In this document: positions 1-11,131 of the stretch, in pieces
Numbering within the stretch: position 1 is the stretch's first letter
Layout of the letters: each line of letters opens with the position of its first letter
NCBI GenBank assembly: GCA_963813715.1
Contig: CAWFAK010000005.1
Coordinates: 160,001-224,000, forward strand
Origin: an uncultured Planctomycetaceae bacterium
GTDB lineage: Bacteria; Planctomycetota; Planctomycetia; Planctomycetales; Planctomycetaceae
Direction of reading: 5' to 3'
Length of the DNA: 64,000 bases
Translations under genes and position numbers: made by a program
Notes under the pieces: generated by a model
The model's database searches: none
What the model saw: the letters and a program-made list of their open reading frames with translations, nothing else
Told to the model about the DNA's origin: nothing

Positions 1-668
1 ATGCGGCGAAGCTTGCCGCGGCCGAGGATGGCCACCCGATCGCACACCAGCTCGACTTCTTGCAGCAGGTGGCTGTTGAGAAAGATCGTTTTGCCCTCGC
101 TCTTGAGCCGGGCGAGGACCTCGCGAATTTCGGCTCGACCCACCGGATCGACGCCGTCGGTCGGCTCGTCGAGGATCAGCAAATCGGGATTGTGCAGCAT
201 GGCCTGCGCGAGGCCCAGTCGCTGCGCCATGCCCTTGGAGTATTTCCGTACGAGGGTTTTGCCCCAGCGTCCCAGCCCGACCATTTCCAGCAGCTTGGGT
301 CGCAGACGGCGGATTTCCCCGAGCGGCACATTGCTCAGGCCGCCGTAATACTCGAGCGCCGTATTGCCGGTGAGGTGGTGGGGAATGCGATGGTGTTCGG
401 GCAGGTAGCCGATCTTACGCCGCGTCGCCCGATGCCCGGCGGGCCGGCCCAGCATCTCGGCCTGCCCGCCCGACTTGTGCACGAGTCCCAGCAGGATCTT
501 GATCAGCGTGGTCTTGCCCGCGCCGTTGGGCCCCAGCAGCCCGAAGATTTCGCCCCGGTTGACGCTGAGACTGACGCCCTGGAGCGCCGGCACGCGGCGC
601 CTGCCAAACCAGCCGTCCCGGTACGTTTTCGACAGCTCGTGCGTCTGGATGGCCAACGAATCGGACAT
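1..668 (-). CDS. ABC transporter ATP-binding protein (runs off the window edge; not in ORF track)
   Basis: Manual minus-strand translation from ATG 668: MSDSLAIQTHELSKTY...GLLGPNGAGKTT (Walker A)...YSKGMAQRLGLAQA (signature)...LLILDEPT (Walker B)...NSHLLQE. The + strand ORFs here are shadows. Confidence 0.93.
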   Translation of the reverse strand, partial: MSDSLAIQTHELSKTYRDGWFGRRRVPALQGVSLSVNRGEIFGLLGPNGAGKTTLIKILLGLVHKSGGQAEMLGRPAGHRATRRKIGYLPEHHRIPHHLTGNTALEYYGGLSNVPLGEIRRLRPKLLEMVGLGRWGKTLVRKYSKGMAQRLGLAQAMLHNPDLLILDEPTDGVDPVGRAEIREVLARLKSEGKTIFLNSHLLQEVELVCDRVAILGRGKLRR

Positions 669-918
669 AGTCTCTCGGGTGCCGGTGGCACGTGCCTCAT
701 CAAAGTTGTGCCGCGGCTGACGCTCCATCACCCGGCGCTCGGTTCCACTATGATAGTCGTCGGCACCCTCGGGACAAATTCGGGCGCGAACAATTCGACG
801 ATGGCTGCGCGGTCGAAAGGGTTTGCGACCAGAGACGACCGGCGCGATCAACCGGCCCGATGCAACAACCGACGATCCCAATACAGCTCAAGACTTTTTG
901 ACGACGAGGACGCCCAGC

Positions 919-1284
919 ATGCAGCGGCGATCACTGGCGGCCAGCTTTCGCGATGCGTTCAACGGGATCGGCCACGTCCTGTGGACTCAGCGCAACGCGA
1001 AGATTCAGCTCGGGGTCGGTGTGGTCGTGCTGGCTCTGGCGGCCGGCCTGAAAGTCTCCCCTCGCGACTGGGCGGTGTTGCTGCTGACGTCGACGGCCGT
1101 GCTCGCCGCCGAGATTGCCAACACGGCGGTGGAAACGTTGGTCGACGCCTTCTGTCCCGGCCCGAGCGAATCGGCCCGCATTGCCAAGGACGCAGCCGCC
1201 GGCGCCGTGTTGATGCTGGCCATCGGCTCCGTGGCGGTCGGCCTCTGCATCCTGGGCCCGCCGTTATGGCGGCTGCTTGTATGA
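919..1284 (+). CDS. dgkA: Diacylglycerol/undecaprenol kinase family (DgkA-like) membrane protein
   Basis: SFRDAFNGI..QRNAKIQ, AEIANTAVETLVD, AKDAAAGAVL motifs; start ATG 919 inside ORF 823..1284. Confidence 0.85.
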   Translation: MQRRSLAASFRDAFNGIGHVLWTQRNAKIQLGVGVVVLALAAGLKVSPRDWAVLLLTSTAVLAAEIANTAVETLVDAFCPGPSESARIAKDAAAGAVLMLAIGSVAVGLCILGPPLWRLLV

Positions 1285-2283
1285 GTCGCGTTCGCTTTTC
1301 GGTGGACGCAACATTAAGGAAGCGGTGGCTTCGGCCGGAGATTTTTGTTCGAAGAGCACCGCGTAGACTTCTGCCGCGATCGGCATTTCGATCCCGCGCT
1401 GCTCGGCTAGCTCGGAGATGCTGCGAGTCGTTGTGATGCCTTCGGCGACGCCGTTCATCTCTGCGACGATCTGCTCGAGGCTTTGTCCCCGGCCGAGGCA
1501 TTCGCCGACGTGCCGGTTGCGGCTGTGCCGCGAAAAGCAGGTGGTGACGAGATCGCCCAGGCCGGCCAGGCCGTTGAACGTTTCCGCCTCGGCGCCGAGG
1601 GCCGTGCCGAAGCGGATCATTTCGACGAGACCGCGGGTCACCAGGCCGCTCTTGGCGTTGTCGCCAAAGCCCAGTCCGTCGCAAATGCCGGCCGCGATGG
1701 CGATCACGTTCTTGATCGCGCCGGCCAGTTCGACGCCGACGATGTCGACGTTGGTGTACACGCGAAAGCGAGCCGTGCTGAAGAGCGTCTGCACTTGTTC
1801 GGCCAGATGCCGATCGGAGGAGGCAGCCACGACGCCGGCGGGCAGACGGCGAGCGATTTCCTCGGCATGGCTCGGGCCGCCGAGCGCGGCCACGGCGCGA
1901 GAGCCAAGCACGTCGACGATGATTTCGCTGGGACGCATCAGCGTGCCGATCTCCAGCCCCTTCGCCACGCTGACGACGGGCAATCCCGCCGGAATGCTGC
2001 CCGCAAGCGGGCTGAGTGTGTCGCGGAGATATCGCGTCGGGATGGCGGCGACGGCCAGTTCGGCTCCGTCGACGACCTGGGCAATGTCGCTCGTGATCCG
2101 CGCGCCCACGGGAAGTGGCACTCCGGGAAGCAGCTTGCGGTTTTCTCCGTCGCGGATCAGTTCGGCCGCACGCTCGGGCGTGCGCGTCCAGATTCGCACG
2201 TCGCACCGCGATCGCTCGGAGAGCAAAACGGCGCAAGCGGTTGCCATTCCACCGCTGCCAAGAATCGCGATCGGTTCAGCCAT
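1264..2283 (-). CDS. gpsA: NAD(P)H-dependent glycerol-3-phosphate dehydrogenase
   Basis: ILGSGGMATA, KGLE, GGPSHAEE, GAIKNVIAIAAG, GLAGLGDLVTTC..SRN, VAEG motifs. Confidence 0.96.
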   Translation of the reverse strand: MAEPIAILGSGGMATACAVLLSERSRCDVRIWTRTPERAAELIRDGENRKLLPGVPLPVGARITSDIAQVVDGAELAVAAIPTRYLRDTLSPLAGSIPAGLPVVSVAKGLEIGTLMRPSEIIVDVLGSRAVAALGGPSHAEEIARRLPAGVVAASSDRHLAEQVQTLFSTARFRVYTNVDIVGVELAGAIKNVIAIAAGICDGLGFGDNAKSGLVTRGLVEMIRFGTALGAEAETFNGLAGLGDLVTTCFSRHSRNRHVGECLGRGQSLEQIVAEMNGVAEGITTTRSISELAEQRGIEMPIAAEVYAVLFEQKSPAEATASLMLRPPKSERDSYKQPP

Positions 2284-2606
2284 GGGCGAAACTCGGGACA
2301 CAAACGGGCAACTTCCGGTCCGTGGATCGAGCCGTTGCCGTCGGGAACGGATTGGCACGCACAGACCGTCGATCCGGCATAATCGGCTTTTTGCTTGGGG
2401 ACGGAAGGGGCAATTTCCGTGCGGCATTTGCCGCTTGGAAAGAATTTGCCCGTAGGGTGATTCGGGGCTAAATTTTGACGACCGCTTGCCGACAGATGCT
2501 ACTGGCGTTCGCCGGATCGTTCGGACTGAAGGCGTGCCGCTGGGCAGTGTCGACGCGATCGCCGTGACGATCTCCGTCGCACGGTCACGCTTTAGGGGTA
2601 TCGTAA

Positions 2607-2843
2607 ATGGAATTGGGACTCGAACAAAAGCCGGCTCCCTTCGTCGATCGCCGGGGAACTGCTGCTACGCCGTGGGGCGACGGGGCGGAACGCCGCCAGT
2701 TCTCCAACGCGTACGACTCGTCGCGCCAGGAAGTCAACGAGATGGCGCTGGCCATCGACCAGTACAAGCTGCGGCATCGCCGCCGGTTCATCACGTTCGA
2801 AGAGCTGTACGACGTGATTGCCGGCCTGGGCTACCACAAATAA
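2607..2843 (+). CDS. Small hypothetical protein (78 aa)
   Basis: ATG start, coding-like codon usage, compact C-terminal motif AIDQYKLRHRRRFITFEELYDVIAGLGY. Confidence 0.7.
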   Translation: MELGLEQKPAPFVDRRGTAATPWGDGAERRQFSNAYDSSRQEVNEMALAIDQYKLRHRRRFITFEELYDVIAGLGYHK

Positions 2844-3393
2844 CGCGAGCTCGAGTCGGGCCGGCTCGCTGGAGCCGGTCCGGTCGCTCGTCCGCGTCTT
2901 TTTGCGCCTCGCTCGGCACGCGTTCGCGTCTGTGGCTGACGCCTCCGTTCGCGCTGCCCACGACCAGCGTTTTGTCTCCCGAATCGCCCCAGATCGGCGG
3001 CGATCGCCGGGTTTCGCCGCTCGCCGGGCTTTGCCAGACGGCGCGCTTTATCGCCGCCGCGCACTGCGCCGCATCAAGCCATTTGGCGGCCGATTCTTGA
3101 CCGAAATCCGGCTTCGCCAGCGGTTTTGCGTCCAAGAACTTGCACGCCGGCAGGAATTCGGCGATTTCTGCCCGTTTCGACCTCAATTTGGGCTGAGTTG
3201 AGGTTGACGCTTTGGCGATCATCGGCGAGATTTCGCCCCTCATTTCTCAAACTCGAAACCGCCCTCTCCGGCTCAATTCAATTTCACGCAACTCCGCAGG
3301 CGGGCCACCGACTCGGAATTCGGCGAATTGAATCGTTCGCAAGTCCCGTCAGACGACTCGTCAAATCCCGTTCCCGCAAGAACAGGTCACGAC

Positions 3394-4696
3394 GTGAAAC
3401 TCCAGCTCATCGTCTGCGTCCTCGTCGTTTCGGCCGGCTCCCTGCTCGCCGATGACGGTCCCTTCCCCGTTGGCCCCATCCCTGTTGGCGCCGTTGTTCC
3501 TGCTGACGGAATGCCGCTCGGCAGCGCCGGCTCCATTTGTCGGTTCGCCCGTGGAACAATCCGTCGACGCAGTTGTGCCTGTTTCCGCGATGGCGCAAGG
3601 CGGCGCGATGGCTCCGCCCGTCGTCCTGGGACCGGATGGAAGCCCCGCGGGTGCCGGATATCAGCCGCCCCTTATGGTGCAACCGGGACCCGGCGGTTGT
3701 CCCACGTGCGGCGGAGGAGCGCCGGCCTATGCGCCTCCCGGTTACCCGGCGCCGATGATGGGAGGGCCGATGATGGGAGGACCCGCGGGCGTGCCTCCGG
3801 GTGGAATGGTCGGGCCAAACTGCGGCCTTTCGATCCCTTCGCAGACGCCCGACGTCACGATGGTGCCCACGACGCCCCAGGGTCCGCTGCCGAATCGCGC
3901 GGGCTGGGTGCAGCAATATCAGTTTGGCGGCATGCCCTTTTCGGCCACGAACAACGGTTGGGGCCACTTCGCCGAGCAGACGTTTGACCTGGCCTGGAAG
4001 TACGTCACGCCGCTCGCTCCGGCTCCGCTCATCTTTTCATTCACGCAACAATACGACCTGCGATTGCTCGAAGGACCGTCGAGTCCGCAGGGCATTCCAC
4101 CGACAAATTTGCCAGGGGCCCTCGACCGCATCGGCTGGGACTTCGAATTGAAGACCAACCTGCCGAGCGAATGGAACGCCGTCGTCGGCTTTAATCCGTC
4201 GATCGACAGCGATTTCCAGAAGAGCCTCACCAAGCAAGCGTACAACTGGGACGCACGGGCCGCCTTCCTCTACTCGCCGCAACCCGACCTGACGTTTGTG
4301 TTGGGTATCTTCGAGTGGGACCGAATCAACGTGCAGGTGCTCCCCTGGGTCGGTGCCATTTACCGGCCGAACCGGTACTGGCAGTTCGACCTGGTCTTTC
4401 CGCAGTTCCGCGTGGCCACGTTCCTCTGGGACGAGTGGGGCTTCAAAACGATGCTCTACGGCCGCGTCGAATATCACTCGGAGGCGTACCAAATCTACAA
4501 CCCGGTGCTGGGCCAGCGCGACCAGGTCCAATTCACCGACTGGCGGGCGGTCCTGGGCGTCAACAAGGACCGGGGCGAGTTCGACTACTTCTTCGAGGGC
4601 GGTTGGATCTTCCACCGCGACGTCGACTTCGCCAACTCCCCACAAGGGTTCCAGGTCACGAGCGGCGTGATCGTGCAGGGCGGCCTGCGGTTCTAA
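3394..4696 (+). CDS. Putative outer-membrane beta-barrel protein with Pro/Gly-rich N-terminus (one frameshift in the first ~150 nt)
   Basis: Signal peptide VKLQLIVCVLVVSAGSLLA in ORF 3328 frame; body in ORF 3452 frame with amphipathic aromatic strands and C-terminal Phe (GGLRF). Confidence 0.7.
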
Positions 4697-4945
4697 GGGC
4701 GTCCTGCTTGCGAATCGTTCGGCTGGTCAGCACGTCGGCGATTCCGCGAGACTGGCCCTGTTCACGATGGCGGGTTGAGCGTCGCGACCGGGCTGAAGTT
4801 ATGCTTCGCCGGGCGATCTCGCGTGGCGCAATCCCGAACCGACGCAGGCTCTTGAACTGGTGAAGGATGCGGCCGCCGCCCACATTATAACGGCGGCCAA
4901 AGCCGGGCTTGCGTGTTCAGTCTGCAGCGTACGGATCGCCCGGTC

Positions 4946-7159
4946 TCAGGCCGCGCGGCTCGCGTCGGTCGCGGCGGGCTTTGCCGGCTCGGCCGCCGGG
5001 TCCTGAACGGACTGCTGACCCAGCTGCACCAACAGACCGCGGATGATGCGCTCGACTTCGATCTTCTCGCTGATCCACTGTTCGCGGAGCGCGTGGACCT
5101 GCTCTTCGCGCGTTCGCATCGAGCCGGCGTTTTCGGCAATCGCTCGGCTGCGGCGGTCGAACTCTTCGCGCCGCTCCTTGGCGGCGACGGCCGCTTCCTG
5201 GCTTTCCTTCGCCAGTTCGTGCCGCTGGGCTTGGATGGCCGACTGCAGAAGGGCCAGCTCTTTCCGTTCGCGCTCGACGGTGTCGCGCGCCTGTTGCGTA
5301 TCGTCCTGCAGACGGCGTTGTGTTTCGGCAAGGCGCCGCTTGGCCGTTTCGCCTCCGGCCGCCTCGGAAAACTGGGCCCAGACCTCTTCGATGGCCATCC
5401 GCATCTCGAGCGTGGCCCGGTGCGTTTCTTCCAATTCCGTCCGCAGTCCCTCGAGCCGTTCTCGACGCTTGTCGAGGCGGTCGCTTTCGGCGGCTACCGC
5501 CGTCTCCCGTCGCTCGAGTTCGGCTTCCCGTTCCTGTCGCAGCTCAACCCAGGCGTCGCGCTCGCGCGTGAATTCCTCTTCGCGACTGGCCAGATCGGTT
5601 TCGCGGCCTTGGTGCTGATCAGCCTTGAGAGAATGTTCTCGTTCCAGCGACTGTTCGCGTTCTTCGATCAGCGCCCGCACGTGCGCCACCTGCTCGAAGC
5701 GCAGCCGGCAGGCGGCTTCCCGCGCTTCGAGATCGGTCCGATCGGACTGGTGCTGGCGCCGCAGCTCGTTCTGCGCCGCCTCGACTTCCTGACGCGCTTT
5801 TTGCAGATGTTCCTGCTGGAAGCGGAGGCGGTTCTCGAGCAGGTTGCGCTCCTGTTCGAGGCGACCCAGCTGCTCGCGGTGCTGCTCTTCGAGCTTTCGC
5901 TGCTCTTCGCGCAGGTTCTGCTCGCGAGCGTCGACGCGCTGCTTCAGATCTTCTTCGATGCGGGAACGCACGCTATCCAAATCGCGTCGGGACGTCTCGA
6001 TCTCATCCCGCACGGCGGCTCGCTCACGCTCGATCTCCTCGATCTGAATTCGCTTGAGCTCGCCCAGTTCGTCGGAGAACCGCCGGCGATCGGTTTCGAG
6101 CTTCTCGCGATCGGCCGCCAACGATTGGCGGGCGGCCAGATCCTGGGCTTCGAAGGTTTCGCGTTCGCGGCGGAGCTCGTCGAATTCCCGGCGTCGCACC
6201 GCGTGCATTTCTTCCTGGGCACGTTCGGAAGCCGACTGCGAGACTTCGCGCCGCTTGGAAAGCTCCTCGTCCTCCTGGCTTCGCCGTCGGTCCCAGGCGG
6301 CCTTTTCCGCCTCGAACGCGGCTCGTTCGGCCGCCGCCTGCGTGTCGAGTTGTGCTCGCTGCGAGTTTCGCTCGTTGGTCAGTTGGGCCTGCAGCGAGCG
6401 GACCATTTCCTCCCGCTCGCGGCGGCGTTTTTCGATTTCTTCCGCCAGGGCACGGCGTTCTTCGTCGAGAGCCTGCTGGGTCTGCTGGATGGCGATCCGT
6501 TCGACCTCTAACTCGCGGTCGACCATGGACCGCAGGCCGGACCGCTCCGACGACATCTGATCGCGGAGCCCCAGGACGAGCCGCTCCTGCTCTTCCAAAT
6601 CACTGACGAGCGACTCGCAGGCGCCGATCTTTTCGTTGAGGGCCTCCTCGCGGGCCTTGCATTCGGCCTGCCGCTTGAGCATCTCCTCTTCGAATTCCTG
6701 CACCCACATCCGGGCGGTGCGCCATTCCTGGTCCAAGAGCGCATGTTGCTCGTGCAAGGCCGACTCGCGACGCTCCAGATCCTGTCGTTCGGTCCGCAGA
6801 TGAGCGGCGATCTGGCCGGTTTGTCGCAGCACTTCCTCTTCGCGACGCGAAAAAGGAGCCGCCGGCGTCCCCCGCGCTGCTGCGCCCGACAGATCTTTCC
6901 GCAGTGTCGAGTCGGCCCCGGTTACGGCGGTCGGCGCTGTCGTCTGCGGGGGTGCTGCTTCCTCGCGTGCCGGAGGCACCGCCAGGTGCGCGCGATCGAT
7001 GCGGCGTTGGGTGATTTCTGCGGGAGTTCCGTCCGCGGCGGCCGGCGGTTGCTTCGAGTCCAGTAGTTGCCCGGCGATGCGGCGCAAGAACGAAGTCGTG
7101 GGGCCCGCCGGCAGGGGAGGCGAATTCCGGTCGCGTGGATTGCGAACTGGATCGCTCAT
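4946..7159 (-). CDS. Long coiled-coil protein, function unknown
   Basis: About 600 aa of E/R/Q/L/A heptad-like sequence; ATG 7159 within ORF 4946..7258. Confidence 0.8.
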   Translation of the reverse strand: MSDPVRNPRDRNSPPLPAGPTTSFLRRIAGQLLDSKQPPAAADGTPAEITQRRIDRAHLAVPPAREEAAPPQTTAPTAVTGADSTLRKDLSGAAARGTPAAPFSRREEEVLRQTGQIAAHLRTERQDLERRESALHEQHALLDQEWRTARMWVQEFEEEMLKRQAECKAREEALNEKIGACESLVSDLEEQERLVLGLRDQMSSERSGLRSMVDRELEVERIAIQQTQQALDEERRALAEEIEKRRREREEMVRSLQAQLTNERNSQRAQLDTQAAAERAAFEAEKAAWDRRRSQEDEELSKRREVSQSASERAQEEMHAVRRREFDELRRERETFEAQDLAARQSLAADREKLETDRRRFSDELGELKRIQIEEIERERAAVRDEIETSRRDLDSVRSRIEEDLKQRVDAREQNLREEQRKLEEQHREQLGRLEQERNLLENRLRFQQEHLQKARQEVEAAQNELRRQHQSDRTDLEAREAACRLRFEQVAHVRALIEEREQSLEREHSLKADQHQGRETDLASREEEFTRERDAWVELRQEREAELERRETAVAAESDRLDKRRERLEGLRTELEETHRATLEMRMAIEEVWAQFSEAAGGETAKRRLAETQRRLQDDTQQARDTVERERKELALLQSAIQAQRHELAKESQEAAVAAKERREEFDRRSRAIAENAGSMRTREEQVHALREQWISEKIEVERIIRGLLVQLGQQSVQDPAAEPAKPAATDASRAA

Positions 7160-7331
7160 TTTGGGAATCCTTTCCCCGGGCGAGCTTGGGCGTGCGGTCG
7201 GATCGGCCAGCTTGATTCCGGCCCGATCGAACCGGCGACTTCGGCCGAGCCGATCCATCGGCTCGATCCGGTCGCATGTTTCAGGTCTGCCTGAGCGTCA
7301 GCCGCGGCTCCCGCCCAGGCGAAATCGTCGC

Positions 7332-7679
7332 TCAGGCGAGCTTCGCGCTTTTGTCCGCGTGGTTATTGAGCAGTGAGACCAACTTGTCCTTGGGGACCAG
7401 TCCCACCTGGCGATCGACGGCCTTGCCATCTTTGAACAAGATCACCGTCGGGATGCCCTGAATGTTGTACTGTGTGGGGGTGACGTTGTTTTCGTCGGTG
7501 TTCATCTTGCCGATGCGCACCTTGCCCGCGAATTCCCCGGCCAGCTCTTCGATCGTCGGCGCGAGGCGCAGACACGGTCCGCACCAGGGCGCCCAGAAAT
7601 CAACGAGCACCGGTTCGCTGGAATCGAGCACTTCGGCCTTGAAATTGGCGTCGGTAAATTCTTTGAGTCCTTGAGCCAT
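7332..7679 (-). CDS. trxA: Thioredoxin
   Basis: VLVDFWAPWCGPC, IQGIPTVILFKDG. Confidence 0.97.
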   Translation of the reverse strand: MAQGLKEFTDANFKAEVLDSSEPVLVDFWAPWCGPCLRLAPTIEELAGEFAGKVRIGKMNTDENNVTPTQYNIQGIPTVILFKDGKAVDRQVGLVPKDKLVSLLNNHADKSAKLA

Positions 7680-7819
7680 GACGGATCCCTATTTGCTGCC
7701 TGCGAGGCTCGTACGCTCGGTTCGACCTCGAGCCGGGACCGACCGGCTCGCTGTCACCAGGCAGTGCCTCGCGACCTCGAACATACCTCTATTATTTTCG
7801 TGGTTTTGCTTGCGGGGGG

Positions 7820-7847
7820 ATTATAGGGGAATCGGCTAGTGTGTCAA
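7820..7847 (-). promoter_or_regulatory. Consensus sigma70 promoter for trxA
   Basis: Minus strand TTGACA (7847-7842)-N16-TATAAT (7825-7820), about 140 nt upstream of the trxA ATG. Confidence 0.8.
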
Positions 7848-8010
7848 CTTTTGCCTGGTTGCCAGCGTCGCCGTAAAGTTTTTCGGCTGCGGAAGATTCG
7901 GCTGCGAAGGGAGACCAGGGACAGGCCCCAGCTTGCATCCCCCCGATCCGTGCGGTTAGCCTCGTTAGTGCCGCAATTGCCGGAGCGTTGATTTTTTCTG
8001 AGGACGGGCC

Positions 8011-8694
8011 TTGACCGAAAAACACGAAATTCGTCCCCTGCCAGAGTCGCTGCAAGCGGCCCATTCGGCTGGGGATTCTGGTCTCCGGCGGGGGGTCGAA
8101 CCTCGCGAATCTGCTGAAATGCCGGGAAAACGGCGCTGCTGAAGGCCGATTTTCCGTTGGTGATTGCCAGCCGGCCTGATTGCCGGGGCCTCGAAATCGC
8201 CCACAAAGCCGGCATCCGCGCGGAAACTGTTTGTCGCAAGGACTTTAAGAGTACCGAGGACTTCAGCGCAGCGGATCTTCTCCTTGCTCCGCGAGGTGGA
8301 GGCCGACTTGGTCGTCCTGGCCGGCTACCTGTGCCTGCTCCGCGTGCCGCCGGATTTCGAGAATCGGGTGATGAACATCCACCCGGCACTCATCCCATCG
8401 TTCTGCGGCAAAGGGCTTTACGGGATGAAAGTGCACGAAGCGGTGTTGGCGCGAGGCTCGAAGCTCAGCGGCTGCACCGTGCATTTCGCCGACAATCTCT
8501 ACGATCACGGGCCGATCATCGTCCAGAAGACGGTGCCCGTGCTCGAGGATGACACTCCGCAAACTCTGGCCGCCCGGGTCTATCAGGCTGAATGCCAGGC
8601 CTTTCCCGAAGCGATCCGCCTGTTTGCCGAGGCCCGACTGGTCGTCAGCGAGAGCCGCTGTCGCATCGTCGACGGCAATGGGTCCGCCCACTAG
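8011..8694 (+). CDS. purN: Phosphoribosylglycinamide formyltransferase (three apparent frameshifts, ~8055, ~8135, ~8270; start approximate)
   Basis: IRLGILVSGGGSNL, VIASRPDCRGL, LVVLAGYL, MNIHPALIPSF, GCTVHF..YDHGPII spread over several frames. Confidence 0.9.
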
Positions 8695-8807
8695 GCGGTC
8701 GCCCGACCCTCTCGAGCGACTCTGTTCCGATCGCAGCCATTCGTCGCTGCGAGAAGGCCGCTGAACCCACCCGCGATCCGGCACGCTCAATAATGATAGA
8801 ATATGAC

Positions 8808-8845
8808 GTAATCTGATTGATATCGATCAGATTGCGCGGTAATCT
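8808..8845 (+). promoter_or_regulatory. sigma70 promoter of the BMC operon overlapped by a palindromic operator (candidate DeoR site)
   Basis: TTGATA (8817-8822)-N17-TAATCT (8840-8845); inverted repeat AATCTGAT-TGATATCG-ATCAGATT at 8810-8833 in an AT-rich island. Confidence 0.7.
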
Positions 8846-8883
8846 ATCAGTGGTCATCGGGACGCAAGGGAGGCTGGCGGCGG

Positions 8884-9646
8884 ATGCTCGTCGATCAAAG
8901 ACGGCAGCAAATCCTAGAATTTACGGAAAAAGGCGGGTTTGTCTCGCTCGCCCAGCTCGTCGAGCGGGTCGGGGCCAGCGAATCGACCGTGCGACGGGAT
9001 TTGGAGTTTCTTGACGGAATTGGACAGATTCGCCGCACGCGAGGAGGCGCGGCTTACGTCGGCGAGTCGATCACGCCCTTCGAGGTCCGCGGGACGCGGG
9101 CCAGGGAGCAAAAGGAGGTCGTCGCCGCGGCGGCTGCCGCGCTGATCGAGCCGGGCGAAACCGTCCTGCTCGACGGCGGGACGACGACGCTCGGAGCTCG
9201 CCAAGCAGCTGGTCGGCAGGCCCCTGCAGGTGGTGACCAACTCCCTGCCGATCGTCAACGTCCTGATGAGTTCTCCGCAGACCGAGCTGATTGTGATCGG
9301 TGGCTTCTTGTATCCGAAAACGGGCGTCAACCTGGGACCGATCGCGGTGGCCGCACTCAAAAGCATTCATGCCCGCCGGCTCTTTGTCAGCGCGGGCGGA
9401 ATCACTCCGGCCGGTCTCTTCAACAGCAACGCACTCTTGGTCGAGACCGAACGCCAGATGATCGAGTCGGCCGAAGAGCTGATCGTGGTTTCCGACAGCT
9501 CGAAGCTCGGTCACTCGGCCCTCGCCCATCTCTGCCCGCTCGACGTCGTCGATCGGCTGGTGATCGACGAGGGCATCAGCGACGAGTGGAAACAGATCGT
9601 GCAGCGGGCCGACATCGAACTGACCGTGGCGAGGAACGAGCAGTGA
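8884..9646 (+). CDS. DeoR/GlpR family transcriptional regulator (frameshift ~9193)
   Basis: [19 protein letters not shown] then, in another frame, VVTNSL...VSDSSKLG...LVIDEG. Confidence 0.93.
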
Positions 9647-10374
9647 CGACAATGCTGGCCGGCACGCAATCGGGTCGCCCGACAGTCGATCGCCCCACGA
9701 TTGATCGAACGGAGATCGAGCGGATCGTCCGCGACGTCATCGTGCGGCAACTCGGCGGAGGCAACGGGCAGCCGAAACCCAATCCGCTCGTCGTGAATAT
9801 CTCCGCCCGACACGTCCATCTCACGGACGAGCACGTCCGCATTCTGTTCGGCAAGGACGAGCTCGAGCCGATCAAGCCGCTGTATCAGGACGGCTTTTAC
9901 GCGGCGAAGGAGGCGGTGGCCGTCGTCGGGCCGCGGATGCGGATGATTCCCAACGTCCGCGTGCTGGGTCCGTGCCGCGGCGATTCGCAGGTCGAGCTGG
10001 CCTTCACCGACGGCATCTCGCTCGGCATCGAGCTGCCCGTGCGGATCAGCGGCGACATTCAGGGCACGCCCGGCTGCGTGCTCGTCGGGCCGGCGGGAGT
10101 CGTCGAGCTGAAACAGGGCGTGATCCGCGCGATGCGGCACGTCCACATGGGTCCGGCCGATCTGGCGCACTACGGCGTGAAGAACGGCGAATCGATGAAC
10201 CTGCGGATCGCCTCGCGCGGCTGCACGACGGTGCTCGAAGACCTGGTGATTCGCGCCGGCGACAACATCAAGCTTGAAGTGCATTTGGATACGGACGAAG
10301 GAAATGCCGTCAATCTGGAGGGGGCGACCGAGGTGGAATTGGTCAAACCGCACGGATGCCAGTGTCAGCATTGA
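9643..10374 (+). CDS. pduL: Phosphate propanoyltransferase (PduL/PTAC) with N-terminal encapsulation peptide
   Basis: [48 protein letters not shown] overlaps the DeoR stop. Confidence 0.95.
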   Translation: MTTMLAGTQSGRPTVDRPTIDRTEIERIVRDVIVRQLGGGNGQPKPNPLVVNISARHVHLTDEHVRILFGKDELEPIKPLYQDGFYAAKEAVAVVGPRMRMIPNVRVLGPCRGDSQVELAFTDGISLGIELPVRISGDIQGTPGCVLVGPAGVVELKQGVIRAMRHVHMGPADLAHYGVKNGESMNLRIASRGCTTVLEDLVIRAGDNIKLEVHLDTDEGNAVNLEGATEVELVKPHGCQCQH

Positions 10375-10424
10375 GAAATGAATTGGCGGTCGCCGTCGCG
10401 TTGGCGTCGCTGATCGCTTGAAGA

Positions 10425-10453
10425 CACTGGCGGGCAAGCCGCCAGTGCCACCC
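10425..10453. repeat. REP-like hairpin (related copy near 23068-23109)
   Basis: CACTGGCGG-GCAAG-CCGCCAGTG followed by CCACCC. Confidence 0.55.
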
Positions 10454-10483
10454 ATCAAACAACTACTTTTCGGGAGACTGCTC

Positions 10484-10771
10484 ATGGCGAAAGTGATGGA
10501 AGCCCTGGGGATGATCGAGACCAAGGGGCTGGTGGCGTTGATTGAAGCGGCCGACTCGATGCTCAAAGCGGCCAACGTGCAAATGGTCGGCTGGGAGAAG
10601 GTCGGCAGCGGACTTGTGACGGCCTTCGTCGTCGGCGATGTGGCGGCGGTGAAGGCGGCCGTCGACGCGGGCGCGAGCGCGGCCGGCAAGATCGGCGAAG
10701 TCGTCAGCGTGCAGGTCATTCCGCGTCCGCACGAAGAGCTGGCGGCCGTGTTGCCCAAGGTCAAAGCCTGA
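10484..10771 (+). CDS. BMC-H hexameric shell protein
   Basis: [40 protein letters not shown]. Confidence 0.97.
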   Translation: MAKVMEALGMIETKGLVALIEAADSMLKAANVQMVGWEKVGSGLVTAFVVGDVAAVKAAVDAGASAAGKIGEVVSVQVIPRPHEELAAVLPKVKA

Positions 10772-10817
10772 GCCTCTCGCACAGTTACCGCGCAGATTTG
10801 AAAATCCTGGAGGAACC

Positions 10818-11083
10818 ATGAACGAAGCCATTGGATTGATCGAGACGAAGGGGCTTGTCGCCCAAATCGAGGCGGCCGACGCCATGCTCAAGGCGGCCCA
10901 CGTGACCCTGGTGAAGCAGATCCAGATCGGCGGCGCCTACGTGACCACCGTCATTCGCGGCGACGTCGGCTCAGTGCGGGCCGCGGTCGACGCGGGCGCT
11001 GCGGCGGCCAGCGCCGTCGGCGAGCTGGTGAGCGCCCATCTGATTCCGCGCCGGAGAAGGGCCTGATGGAGAAGTTCGTCTAA
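10818..11083 (+). CDS. BMC-H hexameric shell protein 2 (one-base deletion near 3' end; restored end [13 protein letters not shown])
   Basis: [43 protein letters not shown]. Confidence 0.95.
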
Positions 11084-11131
11084 CTCGCCGTAGTAGATGA
11101 TCTACTGCAGCCTGTCGCCCGGATGCGTCGC

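Noticed and set aside
1..1436. Plus-strand ORFs 1..348 and 60..1436, and many other long antisense ORFs such as 4913..6511, 13289..14806 and 33952..35982
   Set aside because: Shadow ORFs of real genes on the opposite strand or in another frame, typical of high-GC DNA.
8884..10374. Apparent DeoR-PduL fusion protein
   Set aside because: Artefact of a +1 frameshift near 9193; the DeoR C-terminal half is in another frame with its own stop at 9646.
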